A stretch of 64,000 nt of DNA, from positions 4,625 through 68,624 of the forward strand of contig JACPNE010000004.1 in assembly GCA_016185615.1 (NCBI GenBank). The letters are read 5' to 3'. The notes beneath the pieces were generated by a model. That model worked only from the letters and a program-made list of their open reading frames with translations, was not told where the DNA came from and did not search any database. The stretch is from Candidatus Woesearchaeota archaeon. GTDB taxonomy: Archaea; Nanobdellota; Nanobdellia; SCGC-AAA011-G17; JACPNG01. The position numbers and the translations under genes are program-made. Below are positions 40,026 through 49,708 of this stretch, one piece after another. Numbering within the stretch: position 1 is the stretch's first letter; each line of letters begins with the position of its first letter.

Positions 40026-40907
40026 ATGAAAAATATAGTGATTACAATACCCGCATATAATGAGGAAAAAACAATAGGATTAGTCATTAACAAGATAAAA
40101 AGTGTAATGGACAAAACAAAGTATAAATGCAAAGTTTTAGTCGTTGATGACGGTTCTAAAGATAAAACAAAAGAAGTGGCAAAAAAAGCTGGAGCTTTAG
40201 TTTATTCTCATCCTTATAATTATGGATTAGCAGAAACCTTTAGGACAGAGATGAAAAAATGCCTGGAATTAAAAGCAGATATAATAGTTCATACAGATGC
40301 AGACGGCCAATATTTAGCTGAAGAGATTCCAAACTTGATAAAAGGGGTTGAGAATGGTTATGATTTAGTTTTAGGATCAAGATTCAGGGGAAGAATACAG
40401 TATATGCCATTGACTAAGAGAATTGGAAATAATGCATTCTCAAGAGTAATCTCGAAAATAACAAGATTAAATATAACAGATGCTCAAACTGGTTTTAGGG
40501 CTTTTACAAAAGAGGTTGCTAAACTAAATATAATCTCAAATCATACCTATACCCAGGAACAAATCATAAAAGCAGTTCATAATAAATTCAGGATAAAAGA
40601 GATTCCTGCCACTTTCATAAAAAGAAAGAGCGGAAAAAGCAGGTTAATGAAGAATCCATTTGATTATGCAATCAAAGCATGGATTAATTTATTCAGGATA
40701 TATAGAGATTATAGACCATTGAAATTCTTCGGTTCATTTGGACTAATATTCCTAGGATTAGGATTATTAATAGGATTATACTTAGTATCATTATTTATAA
40801 TTACAGGAAAAGTAGGACATATTCCATTAACAATAATGTCTGTATTATTGATATTATTGGGAGTACAAGTCATATTCTTTGGATTCCTTGCAGATATGAA
40901 GAAATAA
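40026..40907 (+). CDS. polyprenol-phosphate sugar synthase-like GT2 (DPM1/GtrB-like)
   Basis: GT2 catalytic domain (ITIPAYNEE, DDGSKD, DADGQY) followed by two C-terminal TM helices. Confidence 0.7.
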   Translation: MKNIVITIPAYNEEKTIGLVINKIKSVMDKTKYKCKVLVVDDGSKDKTKEVAKKAGALVYSHPYNYGLAETFRTEMKKCLELKADIIVHTDADGQYLAEEIPNLIKGVENGYDLVLGSRFRGRIQYMPLTKRIGNNAFSRVISKITRLNITDAQTGFRAFTKEVAKLNIISNHTYTQEQIIKAVHNKFRIKEIPATFIKRKSGKSRLMKNPFDYAIKAWINLFRIYRDYRPLKFFGSFGLIFLGLGLLIGLYLVSLFIITGKVGHIPLTIMSVLLILLGVQVIFFGFLADMKK

Positions 40908-40957
40908 AGATAAATTTAATAAATAAAAGGATAATTAAATTATTGGGTGGTGTTAAG

Positions 40958-42418
40958 ATGAGGGTGCTTTTAGTAATGCCTTCTATGGATAATGGTTATT
41001 GGCAGAAATTAGGAAAGAAAGTAGGGCCAAAGTCAGAGCCTTTAAGTTTAGCTTATATGGGTGCTATGTTAAAAAGGCATGGTCACGAAGTAAAAATCCT
41101 GGATTGTGAGGCATTAGACTATTCTTTTAATGATGTTGAGAATTACTTAAATCAAAATGAATTTGATGTATTTGGGATAGCAATGCTAACTATAATGTAT
41201 TCCCAAACAATAACCCTATCAAACATAATAAAAAAAATTTATCCTCAAGCAAAGATAATAGTTGGCGGTCCTCATCCAAGTGCACATGGAAATGCCAAAG
41301 AGATTCTAGAAAAAGAAAATGTTATTGATTATGCTGTTATAGGCGAGGCTGAAAAGACATTTGCTGAGTTATTAGATGTAATAGAAGAGGAAAAAGAAAC
41401 ATATGAAGAATTATCAAAAATAGAGGGAATAGCTTTCAGAAATAAAAATAATGTTCTTATTACAAAACCAAGAGCAACTGTCAAGGAATTAGATGAATTT
41501 CCAATTCCAGACAGAAGCTTATTAGATATGAAATTATACAGGCCTTCTGTTTCATATTATAGGAAACTTCCTGCTTATATTATTTTAACTTCTAGAGGCT
41601 GTGGTTATAGATGTACTTTTTGTTCTAAAGTATTTGATAAAGAGTTTAGATTTCATTCTCCAGATAGAGTAATTGAAGAGATGAAAATTTTAATTGAAGA
41701 TTATGGAGCAAAAGAGATTGTTTTTAGGGATGATACTTTTACAATGAGATTTGACTGGACTAAGGAAGTTTGTGAAAAGATAATTGAAGAGGGATTAAAT
41801 AATAAGATAAAATGGAGTTGTATGACAAGAGTTAGTTTAGTTACTCCAGAATTATTGAAATTAATGAAGGAAGCTGGATGTTGGGGTATTCATTTTGGGG
41901 TTGAATCAGGATCTCAGAGATTATTAGATATGATAAAGAAAGATGTCACAATAAAACAGATAAAAAACGCTTTTAAATGGTGCAGGGAAGCTGGAATTGA
42001 GACAAGGGCTTTCATGATGTTGGGATTGCCAACAGAAACAAGGGATGAAAGTTTGAAAACAATACAGTTTGCTAAGGAATTAGATGCAGACTGGGCTCAA
42101 TTTACTATTACGACGCCTTATCCTGGAACTGAATTATATGACCAAGCAATGGAACTTGGAGAATTACATGGACCAAAAGACTGGGATAATTATCAGACTT
42201 GGAGTGGCTTTTCAGATCATGAATTAGTATGGACTCCTAAAGGAAGAAAATCGGATGAATTAAAAGAATTGCAAAGAAGGGCATTGTTTGAATTCTACTT
42301 TAGACCAAAAGTTATACTTAGAAAGATAACAAACATCTCAAATATTGCTTTATTAAAAAAATATGTTCTTGGGGCTATGGCTCTAGCTTCTGGTGGTAAT
42401 GGTAGACCAGTAGAATAG
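40958..42418 (+). CDS. B12-binding domain radical SAM protein (paralog B)
   Basis: B12-binding N-terminus and the SRGCGYRCTFCS motif. The ATG is preceded by GGTGGTG. Confidence 0.8.
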   Translation: MRVLLVMPSMDNGYWQKLGKKVGPKSEPLSLAYMGAMLKRHGHEVKILDCEALDYSFNDVENYLNQNEFDVFGIAMLTIMYSQTITLSNIIKKIYPQAKIIVGGPHPSAHGNAKEILEKENVIDYAVIGEAEKTFAELLDVIEEEKETYEELSKIEGIAFRNKNNVLITKPRATVKELDEFPIPDRSLLDMKLYRPSVSYYRKLPAYIILTSRGCGYRCTFCSKVFDKEFRFHSPDRVIEEMKILIEDYGAKEIVFRDDTFTMRFDWTKEVCEKIIEEGLNNKIKWSCMTRVSLVTPELLKLMKEAGCWGIHFGVESGSQRLLDMIKKDVTIKQIKNAFKWCREAGIETRAFMMLGLPTETRDESLKTIQFAKELDADWAQFTITTPYPGTELYDQAMELGELHGPKDWDNYQTWSGFSDHELVWTPKGRKSDELKELQRRALFEFYFRPKVILRKITNISNIALLKKYVLGAMALASGGNGRPVE

Positions 42419-42490
42419 GTTTATAATGTAATTACTAATTAGTGATTATAAATAGAAAGATTTATAAATTGTGGAAGGCCAGTAAATAGT

Positions 42491-42958
42491 ATGAGACGTA
42501 CATATTTATTAGCGAACAAAGATTTAGATAGAATATTCGGATTTAAGACAGAATTAGAACTTTCTTTGCCTAGAACACCACAAGAAGGTATTAGAAGTTC
42601 AATTGATTTAACCTTCTCTAGAGAAGAACATGATTTAGTAATCGGAGATGTCTTTGTAGTGGACAGAATCAAAGGTAATGGATTAGCTGGAATTGTTGAT
42701 CTTAATACCAAAAAAAGATTGACTACAGATGAGGTCAACCCATTTAGAAATTCTAATATTAGATTAAAAGGCCATTATTTGGGTGAATTAGGAAAATATT
42801 TATCTAATGATATGTCAATTTATGATAAGATTATAGTTGTTCGTTCTGAAGTAGCCCCATGGATAAAAACTATAATGGAGAAGAGAGTTCCAGAACATAT
42901 TTTGAGAGCAGCAATTAACGATAAGCCAACCGCACAATCAGCATATTTCAGCAGATAA
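42491..42958 (+). CDS. hypothetical protein (155 aa)
   Basis: ORF only. It sits inside the glycan island. Confidence 0.35.
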   Translation: MRRTYLLANKDLDRIFGFKTELELSLPRTPQEGIRSSIDLTFSREEHDLVIGDVFVVDRIKGNGLAGIVDLNTKKRLTTDEVNPFRNSNIRLKGHYLGELGKYLSNDMSIYDKIIVVRSEVAPWIKTIMEKRVPEHILRAAINDKPTAQSAYFSR

Positions 42959-43048
42959 TCAAAACAAACGATTTAAACAGAATTCTTTATTTATTTTAAT
43001 CTTAGAGATTATAAAGTTATTTTCTTATAACATCAACTAAATTTAAAA

Positions 43049-43174
43049 TTATTTCAACTTCTCTATGAACTCATTAATACAAGGCCTGCAGATTCTCTTG
43101 CCTTTAAACTCATTATAAGGCAATGGCTCTAGTACAAATTGATTACAAAATACGCATTTATCATAATTTTCCAT
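43049..43174 (-). CDS. small zinc-ribbon protein (41 aa)
   Basis: CVFC...(17)...CRPC pattern, with GAGGGG SD upstream. It overlaps the end of the preceding GT4 gene by 14 nt. Confidence 0.4.
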   Translation of the reverse strand: MENYDKCVFCNQFVLEPLPYNEFKGKRICRPCINEFIEKLK

Positions 43175-44369
43175 TTTTCAACAACCCCTCCATCTCCTTC
43201 CTTATTTTCTTTATTTGTTTATCTTGGTTATAATTTTCTTCAATGTGTTTTCTTCCAGCTTTGCTGAATTTTAATCTTAAATTATAATCTTTAGCTAATT
43301 TCAACATCTTATTAGCTAATGAATTAACATCTTTTTCCTTTACTAAAAATCCAGTTTTATTATCTAAAACTAAATAAGGAATGCCAGCATGATAAGTTGA
43401 AATACAAGGAATTCCCATTGCTTGTGCTTCCATCAAAACAAATGGGGTTCCTTCTTTGTCCCCATCAGAAGCTAATATACTAGGCAATAAAAACACATCC
43501 GCTTTATTAAACTCATCTAATGATAATTTTCTTGTATCTTTTACCCCTTTATTACTTATAAAAATAACTTTATCTTTCAATCCAAGCTTATTAACTAATA
43601 ATTTCAGCTCATTCTCCAAAGGACCATCTCCCAAAATCCTTAACTCAAAATTATTATTTTTTATTTTGTTAAAAGCTTCAATTGCATATTTAATTCCTTT
43701 TTTCTCTATTAACCTTCCAACAAAAAGGAATGCAACTTTCTTTGATTTCTTTGGTTTTCTATACTTGAAATTTTTTAAATCAATCCCAATATTAATGTCT
43801 TTCACTTTATTCCTATCACAACCAGCATTGATTAAATCCTTATTCATATCTGGGCTAAGGGTTATGAATAAGTCTCCTTCTTTTATTAACAATTTGTATA
43901 TTTTTTTGTTTTTAATCAGATTATCAACATCTTTTCCCCAAAATGTTGTTATAACTGGAATTTTTTTATTCAGAATTTTTCTTAGTAATACTCCAATCAT
44001 TCCTGCAAAAACCAATTGGGAATAAATAATATTATGATTTTTATAAACCCTTAATGACTTACTTAAAAACCCCAAAGCAAATGTTGGAATTTGGAGATAT
44101 AATAATGGATTATTTTTCAGATTAACAGCTATTCCGCTGCCATAAGCCAATCTCTGATATTTTCTAGGGAGAACATAGCTAAATCTGTATATATTGATTC
44201 CATTTCTTTTTTCATATTTTTTGGAGTCAATAGTGTCTGGAGCAATGATATCTAACTCTACATCCTCTTTTTCCTTAAGGCTTCTTATTGATTCATAGAT
44301 AAAATTCGCTAGGTAATCCCCTTCATATCTTGATAAGGATGTAGTCAACACTAAAGCCTTTATTTTCAT
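43161..44369 (-). CDS. GT4 family glycosyltransferase
   Basis: C-terminal EGTPFVLMEAQAMGIPCIST motif of the GT-B retaining family. Confidence 0.8.
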   Translation of the reverse strand: MKIKALVLTTSLSRYEGDYLANFIYESIRSLKEKEDVELDIIAPDTIDSKKYEKRNGINIYRFSYVLPRKYQRLAYGSGIAVNLKNNPLLYLQIPTFALGFLSKSLRVYKNHNIIYSQLVFAGMIGVLLRKILNKKIPVITTFWGKDVDNLIKNKKIYKLLIKEGDLFITLSPDMNKDLINAGCDRNKVKDINIGIDLKNFKYRKPKKSKKVAFLFVGRLIEKKGIKYAIEAFNKIKNNNFELRILGDGPLENELKLLVNKLGLKDKVIFISNKGVKDTRKLSLDEFNKADVFLLPSILASDGDKEGTPFVLMEAQAMGIPCISTYHAGIPYLVLDNKTGFLVKEKDVNSLANKMLKLAKDYNLRLKFSKAGRKHIEENYNQDKQIKKIRKEMEGLLKNGKL

Positions 44370-44442
44370 GATTTAAATTTTATAGGTTAATATTTAAAAG
44401 TATCTGAGAAAGTCTTAAAAATATAGAAATAAGGATAATATT

Positions 44443-45870
44443 ATGAAAGCCCTATTATTATTTCCACAAACTGAAACTCCTTATGGACTGCCTAATTATC
44501 CACCGTTAGGATTAGCATATTTATCTTCTGTATTGAAAAAAATAAATATATCTCATGATATTCTGGATTTAAGATTATATCCAAACTGGCAGGAAATTCT
44601 AGTTTCAAAATTAAAGGAAAATAATTATACAATAGCTGGAATGGCTTCTACAGTATTTGATCATCCATCAGCCAAAAAATTAGCTTCCATAATAAAAGAG
44701 AATAGCCCAGAAACAAAAGTAATTGTTGGCGGAGCTCATCCAACATTAGTAAAAGACAAGATATTAAAGGAAGACAAAAACTTTGATTTTGTTTTAGTTG
44801 GAGAAGGAGAATTAACTTTTTCCGAATTATGTATTGCATTAAGGGATAATAAAGATTTTAATGAAATAAAAGGATTAGTCTTCAGAAAGGAAAATAAAAT
44901 AATAACAAACCAAGAAAGAATTTTTAATAATAACCTAGATGAGCTGCCATATCCAAATTATGATAAGTTTGATCTAAAAAAGTATCATGGTGATACTAGT
45001 TTCAAAGGTATAATTGGAAGAAAAACAATATTCCCGATGTCTACCTCAAGGGGGTGTCCTTATTCCTGTACATTTTGCTCTGTTCCAGTATTTACAGGGA
45101 AATTATTCAGGGTAAGAAGTCCTGAAAATGTTATTGGGGAAATGAGGATGTTGAAAGAAAAGTATAATGTAGGAACAATCGACATTCTTGATGATAATTT
45201 TACCATGAACTTGGCAAGAGCAAAAAATATATGTAAATTAATGATAGAGAAGAATATTAATGTAAAATGGAGCACCCCAAATGGAGTAAGAGCTGATAGA
45301 TTAGATGATGAATTAGTTGGATTGATGAAAAAATCAGGATGTGATGATATAGCTGTTGGAATAGAAAGTGTAGATAATGATGTTCTAAAGAAAATGAAGA
45401 AAGGGGAGAATATAGAAGCAATAGAAAGAGGAATTGATTTGTTGAAGAAATATAATATTAACATAAAAGGCTTCTTCATTATCGGCTCAAATGGAGAGAC
45501 AAAAGAAAGTGCTTTGAGAATGCTTGAGTTTGCAAAAAAGCATAATTTCAAACAAGCAAGATTTAGTATGCTGATTCCATATCCTGGAACCGAGATGGCA
45601 TCATGGATTGACCAAAACGATTATTGGAGTGTTGATAACCCAGAGGAAGAACTTGTAAAATATGCCGATATGGGTGAACAGTTAAAGCCAATATATAATA
45701 CTCCAGAATTTCCGCTACAAGATAAGATTGATGTGTATAATCATTTAATAAAAGAATGGGACTCTTATGAGTTAAAAAGAGACTGGAAGAAAAGATTCTT
45801 GATAAATCTTAGAAGATATGGTATTGTTTATAATCTATTAAGAAATCTAAGGAACAGATTGAAGAGATAA
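44443..45870 (+). CDS. B12-binding domain radical SAM protein (paralog C)
   Basis: B12-binding domain plus TSRGCPYSCTFCS. Confidence 0.8.
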   Translation: MKALLLFPQTETPYGLPNYPPLGLAYLSSVLKKINISHDILDLRLYPNWQEILVSKLKENNYTIAGMASTVFDHPSAKKLASIIKENSPETKVIVGGAHPTLVKDKILKEDKNFDFVLVGEGELTFSELCIALRDNKDFNEIKGLVFRKENKIITNQERIFNNNLDELPYPNYDKFDLKKYHGDTSFKGIIGRKTIFPMSTSRGCPYSCTFCSVPVFTGKLFRVRSPENVIGEMRMLKEKYNVGTIDILDDNFTMNLARAKNICKLMIEKNINVKWSTPNGVRADRLDDELVGLMKKSGCDDIAVGIESVDNDVLKKMKKGENIEAIERGIDLLKKYNINIKGFFIIGSNGETKESALRMLEFAKKHNFKQARFSMLIPYPGTEMASWIDQNDYWSVDNPEEELVKYADMGEQLKPIYNTPEFPLQDKIDVYNHLIKEWDSYELKRDWKKRFLINLRRYGIVYNLLRNLRNRLKR

Positions 45871-45904
45871 TAAAGCATTTAAATAAAGATATGAGGGTTC
45901 TTGT

Positions 45905-47434
45905 ATGTCTGATCAGGATCTTAACAAGATAGCAAGTGGAGCAGGCATTATCTTTGTAGGTATGATATTATCAAAGATATTTGCTTATTTATACAGATTA
46001 ATAATCGCAAGAATTGGAGTAAGTGAATATGGATTAATATCGCTTGGTTTGGGAATTATCGGGATAATATCAAGCATATCAATTATTGGACTGCATAGGG
46101 GAGTATTAAGAAATGTATCATATTACAGGGGGAAAGAAGATTTAGGAAAAGTAAAAGGAGTAATAACCCTAGCATTAAAGATAAGTCTTGGAATAAGTTT
46201 ATTATTAAGCATTTTGCTTTTCATTTTTTCTGATTTCATTTCGGTAAGATATTTCCATAACGAAGATTTAAGTTTGATCCTAAAAATATTAGCTGTATCA
46301 ATTCCTTTAAGCGTTATGAATGAAATAATACTTAATACAATATTAGGATTCCAGAAAGTAGTTTATATGGTGATATCAAAGAATATAATCTTGAATCTTT
46401 CTAGGTTTTTATTGACAATAGCATTTGTATTATTCAGCAGAAATATCCTGGGATTGGCTTGGATATATGTTGTATCTTTTTTAATTTCATTTATTTTTTC
46501 ATTTTATTTCTTGGAGAGAAAAGTATTTCCAATATTAATAACAAAAATAAAATCCATAAGTGTAGGAAAAGAGTTATTTTCATTTTCATGGCCTTTGGTA
46601 TTCAGCGGATTAGGAATGTTATTGGTTGGGTGGACAGACACAATAATGCTTGGATTCTTTAAGACAGTAAATGAAGTAGGATATTATAATACAGCATTGC
46701 CAACCTCTCATTTATTGTATATAGTTCCACAAGGATTGATGATGATGGTTATCCCTACATTAACTTATCTCTTCTCAAGGAAAGAGATGGACAAATTCAA
46801 TATAATAACAAGAACAACGACAAAATGGGTATTTATGATTAATTTGATATTATTTTCATTATTTATGATGTTCGGAAAAGAGATAATAAGTATATTGTTT
46901 GGAGCACAATACTCAATAGCGGGTGATGTTTTGAGGATATTAAGTGTCGGCTTCTTCATAAATTATACAATGATATTCATGGGTCATATGCCAATAATAA
47001 AAAACAGGCCAAAATGGGATTTGTTTAATATTTCAATAGTAGCTATAACAAATATAATATTAAATTTCATTTTAATACCCCCATATGGCATATTTGGGGC
47101 GGCAATAGCAACAAGTGTTTCATTCGTTATCTTTGGTATAATTGAGTTTGTAGAAGCATTATACATATTCAATGTTGATAATCCAATAAAACTTGTTTAT
47201 TTAAAAGTAATCATATCTATAATAATCGCTTCTTTCCTTACTAGTTACTTGGCTAATAATTTAATAAGCGTTAACAATCTCATTAACTTAGTGATAATAT
47301 CACTCATCTTAACAATAGTTTATTCTGTATTATTAATAGTTACAAGGAGTTTCGACAAAGAAGATAGTGAGGTTATAAAATCAATACAAAATAAGATCGG
47401 AATAAATATCCCGTTTATAGACAGATTTATTTAA
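45905..47434 (+). CDS. oligosaccharide flippase (Wzx/MOP superfamily)
   Basis: About 14 TM helices. The length and N-terminal region are typical of polysaccharide biosynthesis flippases. Confidence 0.7.
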   Translation: MSDQDLNKIASGAGIIFVGMILSKIFAYLYRLIIARIGVSEYGLISLGLGIIGIISSISIIGLHRGVLRNVSYYRGKEDLGKVKGVITLALKISLGISLLLSILLFIFSDFISVRYFHNEDLSLILKILAVSIPLSVMNEIILNTILGFQKVVYMVISKNIILNLSRFLLTIAFVLFSRNILGLAWIYVVSFLISFIFSFYFLERKVFPILITKIKSISVGKELFSFSWPLVFSGLGMLLVGWTDTIMLGFFKTVNEVGYYNTALPTSHLLYIVPQGLMMMVIPTLTYLFSRKEMDKFNIITRTTTKWVFMINLILFSLFMMFGKEIISILFGAQYSIAGDVLRILSVGFFINYTMIFMGHMPIIKNRPKWDLFNISIVAITNIILNFILIPPYGIFGAAIATSVSFVIFGIIEFVEALYIFNVDNPIKLVYLKVIISIIIASFLTSYLANNLISVNNLINLVIISLILTIVYSVLLIVTRSFDKEDSEVIKSIQNKIGINIPFIDRFI

Positions 47435-48143
47435 TTTTTATGGCTTTTATTATAATATTATCCCCAAAAGTTCCATAATTAATATCATAATCTATATTTT
47501 TTAAATTAATAAAAAAGTTCTCAAAATATCTCTTATTTAATAATCGTGAAGTAAATATCTCAATATATGTTATGATTGTTGAAATAATTGAACTTCCTAT
47601 ATGGACTTTGTTTATTCTAAATTTATTATTAAAAATCTTGTTTAATTCTTCAACATTATAGTGTCTATGCTCTTCATTAACAATTTTTGGATTCTTTCTT
47701 TTTATTAAATAGTAAAGGGATTTATATAAGAAGGGCATTGTTATTTTCAGATTATCTGGATCAAGAAAACTAAATAATCCTTTATGCGGAACACTTAATA
47801 TAAGAATCCCATCCTTCTTCAGTATTCTATATATTTCATTAATCATAGTTTGATCATCATTAACATGCTCTAGAACATCAAGAATTGTTACAACATCAAA
47901 GAAATTTGATTTAAATAGCAGTTTCTTTGATTTTAATAATCTGAAATCAATGTTTTTATATTTCTTCTTGGCTCTGTATATAAATTCTTTATTGACATCA
48001 ATGCCATAAACATTTCTGGCTTTGTTCTTAAAGTATATTGTAAAATATCCAGAAGCGCATCCAACATCTAATAGTCTATCTATCTTATTTGGAAGCCAAT
48101 TATACGCTTTTTTAGCCCTTGTCTGCAGTCTATGCTCTGGCAT
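47427..48143 (-). CDS. class I SAM-dependent methyltransferase
   Basis: Motif I LLDVGCASGYFT. Confidence 0.65.
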   Translation of the reverse strand: MPEHRLQTRAKKAYNWLPNKIDRLLDVGCASGYFTIYFKNKARNVYGIDVNKEFIYRAKKKYKNIDFRLLKSKKLLFKSNFFDVVTILDVLEHVNDDQTMINEIYRILKKDGILILSVPHKGLFSFLDPDNLKITMPFLYKSLYYLIKRKNPKIVNEEHRHYNVEELNKIFNNKFRINKVHIGSSIISTIITYIEIFTSRLLNKRYFENFFINLKNIDYDINYGTFGDNIIIKAIKIK

Positions 48144-48253
48144 TATTGTTTATAGATAAAAAGTATTAAAAAACTAACTATCTTAGATTTTTTTAAATAG
48201 AAACATATAAATATGAATAATTTGGATTTATATTATATTTTTAAGTGGTTAAA

Positions 48254-49708
48254 ATGAAAATCGCATTTGTATGTCCAATAGCTTCTAAGTTCAATCCAGA
48301 TATGATGATTGAGCCGCTTAGTGTCGGTTATTTGGTTTCATATCTAAAATCTAAAGGTTATAAAGACTTTGAGCTATACTTTGGAGCATTTACTCCTGAA
48401 GAAGAAATAGCAGAAAAGAGTTCTAAAGCGGATATAGTCGGATTCACTACAGCATCATCTATGGTTACTCAGGGAATTAGAATAGCAGATATGATTAAAA
48501 AAATAAATCCTAATGTAATAACTGTAATAGGTGGAGCACATGCTACCGCCCTTCCTGAAAAGACATTAAGGGAATGTCCTCCAATAGACATTGTTGTTAG
48601 GGGAGAAGCTGAACACACATTCCATGAATTAATCCAAGCAATAGAAAATGGAAAAGATTTTTCCGATATAAGGGGAGTTACATACAGAAAAAATGAGAAA
48701 ATAGTAACTAATCCTGCAAGGGAATTAATTGAAGATATAGATGAAATTCCTTATCCAGACAGAGAGTTTATACAGCAAAGAATGTTTGTTAAAAAAAATC
48801 TTAAGATAGGAAAAAAGATAGCTTGGATGATGGCAACAAGGGGTTGTCCATTTATATGCAATTTCTGCACTTCAAAAGTAGTATGGAAGATAAGTTATAG
48901 AAAGAGAAGCCCAAAAAATATAGTTGGTGAGATAAAAGAATTAGTTGATAATTATGGGGTAAATCATATCAATTTTGCAGATGATACAATGACTATAGAT
49001 AAACAGTGGACTTTTGATTTGTGCAAGGAAATAAGAAGAGCAAATTTAGGAATTACATGGAGCTGCAATTCCCAGACATCTGTAGTAACAAGAGATATGT
49101 TATACGCTATGAGAAAAGCTGGTTGCGAACAAATATGGTTTGGAGTTGAGTCTGGAAATAAAAAAATCAGATGGGCTATGGAAAAATTCATAACAACAGA
49201 ATCTATAATAAATGCATTTGAATGGGCACACGAAGCAGGATTGAAGACAAGGGCATACATGATAATCGGCGGTCCTGGAGAAAGCTATGATACAATAAAA
49301 GAAAGTGAAGAATTAATGGAAAAAATTAAACCAACCGCAATAAGCTGGACTATCAATACAATGTTGCCAGGATTAAAAGGATACGATGAAGCTGTTAAAA
49401 AAGGATTAATAGAAGAGGATAAAATCGATTGGAGTGGAGTTGGATTTAGAAATATTCATTCTGCAGTCCTTCCAACTGAACATCTTAGCAAAGAAGATAT
49501 ATTATCAGAATGGGAAAGGGTAAGTGAAAAATTCAAAAACTATCAGTTCTATGACTTCCATTTTAGATATATGCCTGAATATTTATTGTATAGATTCATG
49601 ACAACAAATGTTAAACAATATCCCTTAATGACCAAGAAATTATTGAGTCATATTAAGAAGATTGATATAAGAAAGAGCTTAAGTAAAGATGCTACTTCTT
49701 ATGCCTAA
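48254..49708 (+). CDS. B12-binding domain radical SAM protein (paralog D)
   Basis: B12-binding domain plus TRGCPFICNFCTS. The start was moved to the ATG (MKIAFVCP) downstream of the GTG given in the ORF track. Confidence 0.8.
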   Translation: MKIAFVCPIASKFNPDMMIEPLSVGYLVSYLKSKGYKDFELYFGAFTPEEEIAEKSSKADIVGFTTASSMVTQGIRIADMIKKINPNVITVIGGAHATALPEKTLRECPPIDIVVRGEAEHTFHELIQAIENGKDFSDIRGVTYRKNEKIVTNPARELIEDIDEIPYPDREFIQQRMFVKKNLKIGKKIAWMMATRGCPFICNFCTSKVVWKISYRKRSPKNIVGEIKELVDNYGVNHINFADDTMTIDKQWTFDLCKEIRRANLGITWSCNSQTSVVTRDMLYAMRKAGCEQIWFGVESGNKKIRWAMEKFITTESIINAFEWAHEAGLKTRAYMIIGGPGESYDTIKESEELMEKIKPTAISWTINTMLPGLKGYDEAVKKGLIEEDKIDWSGVGFRNIHSAVLPTEHLSKEDILSEWERVSEKFKNYQFYDFHFRYMPEYLLYRFMTTNVKQYPLMTKKLLSHIKKIDIRKSLSKDATSYA

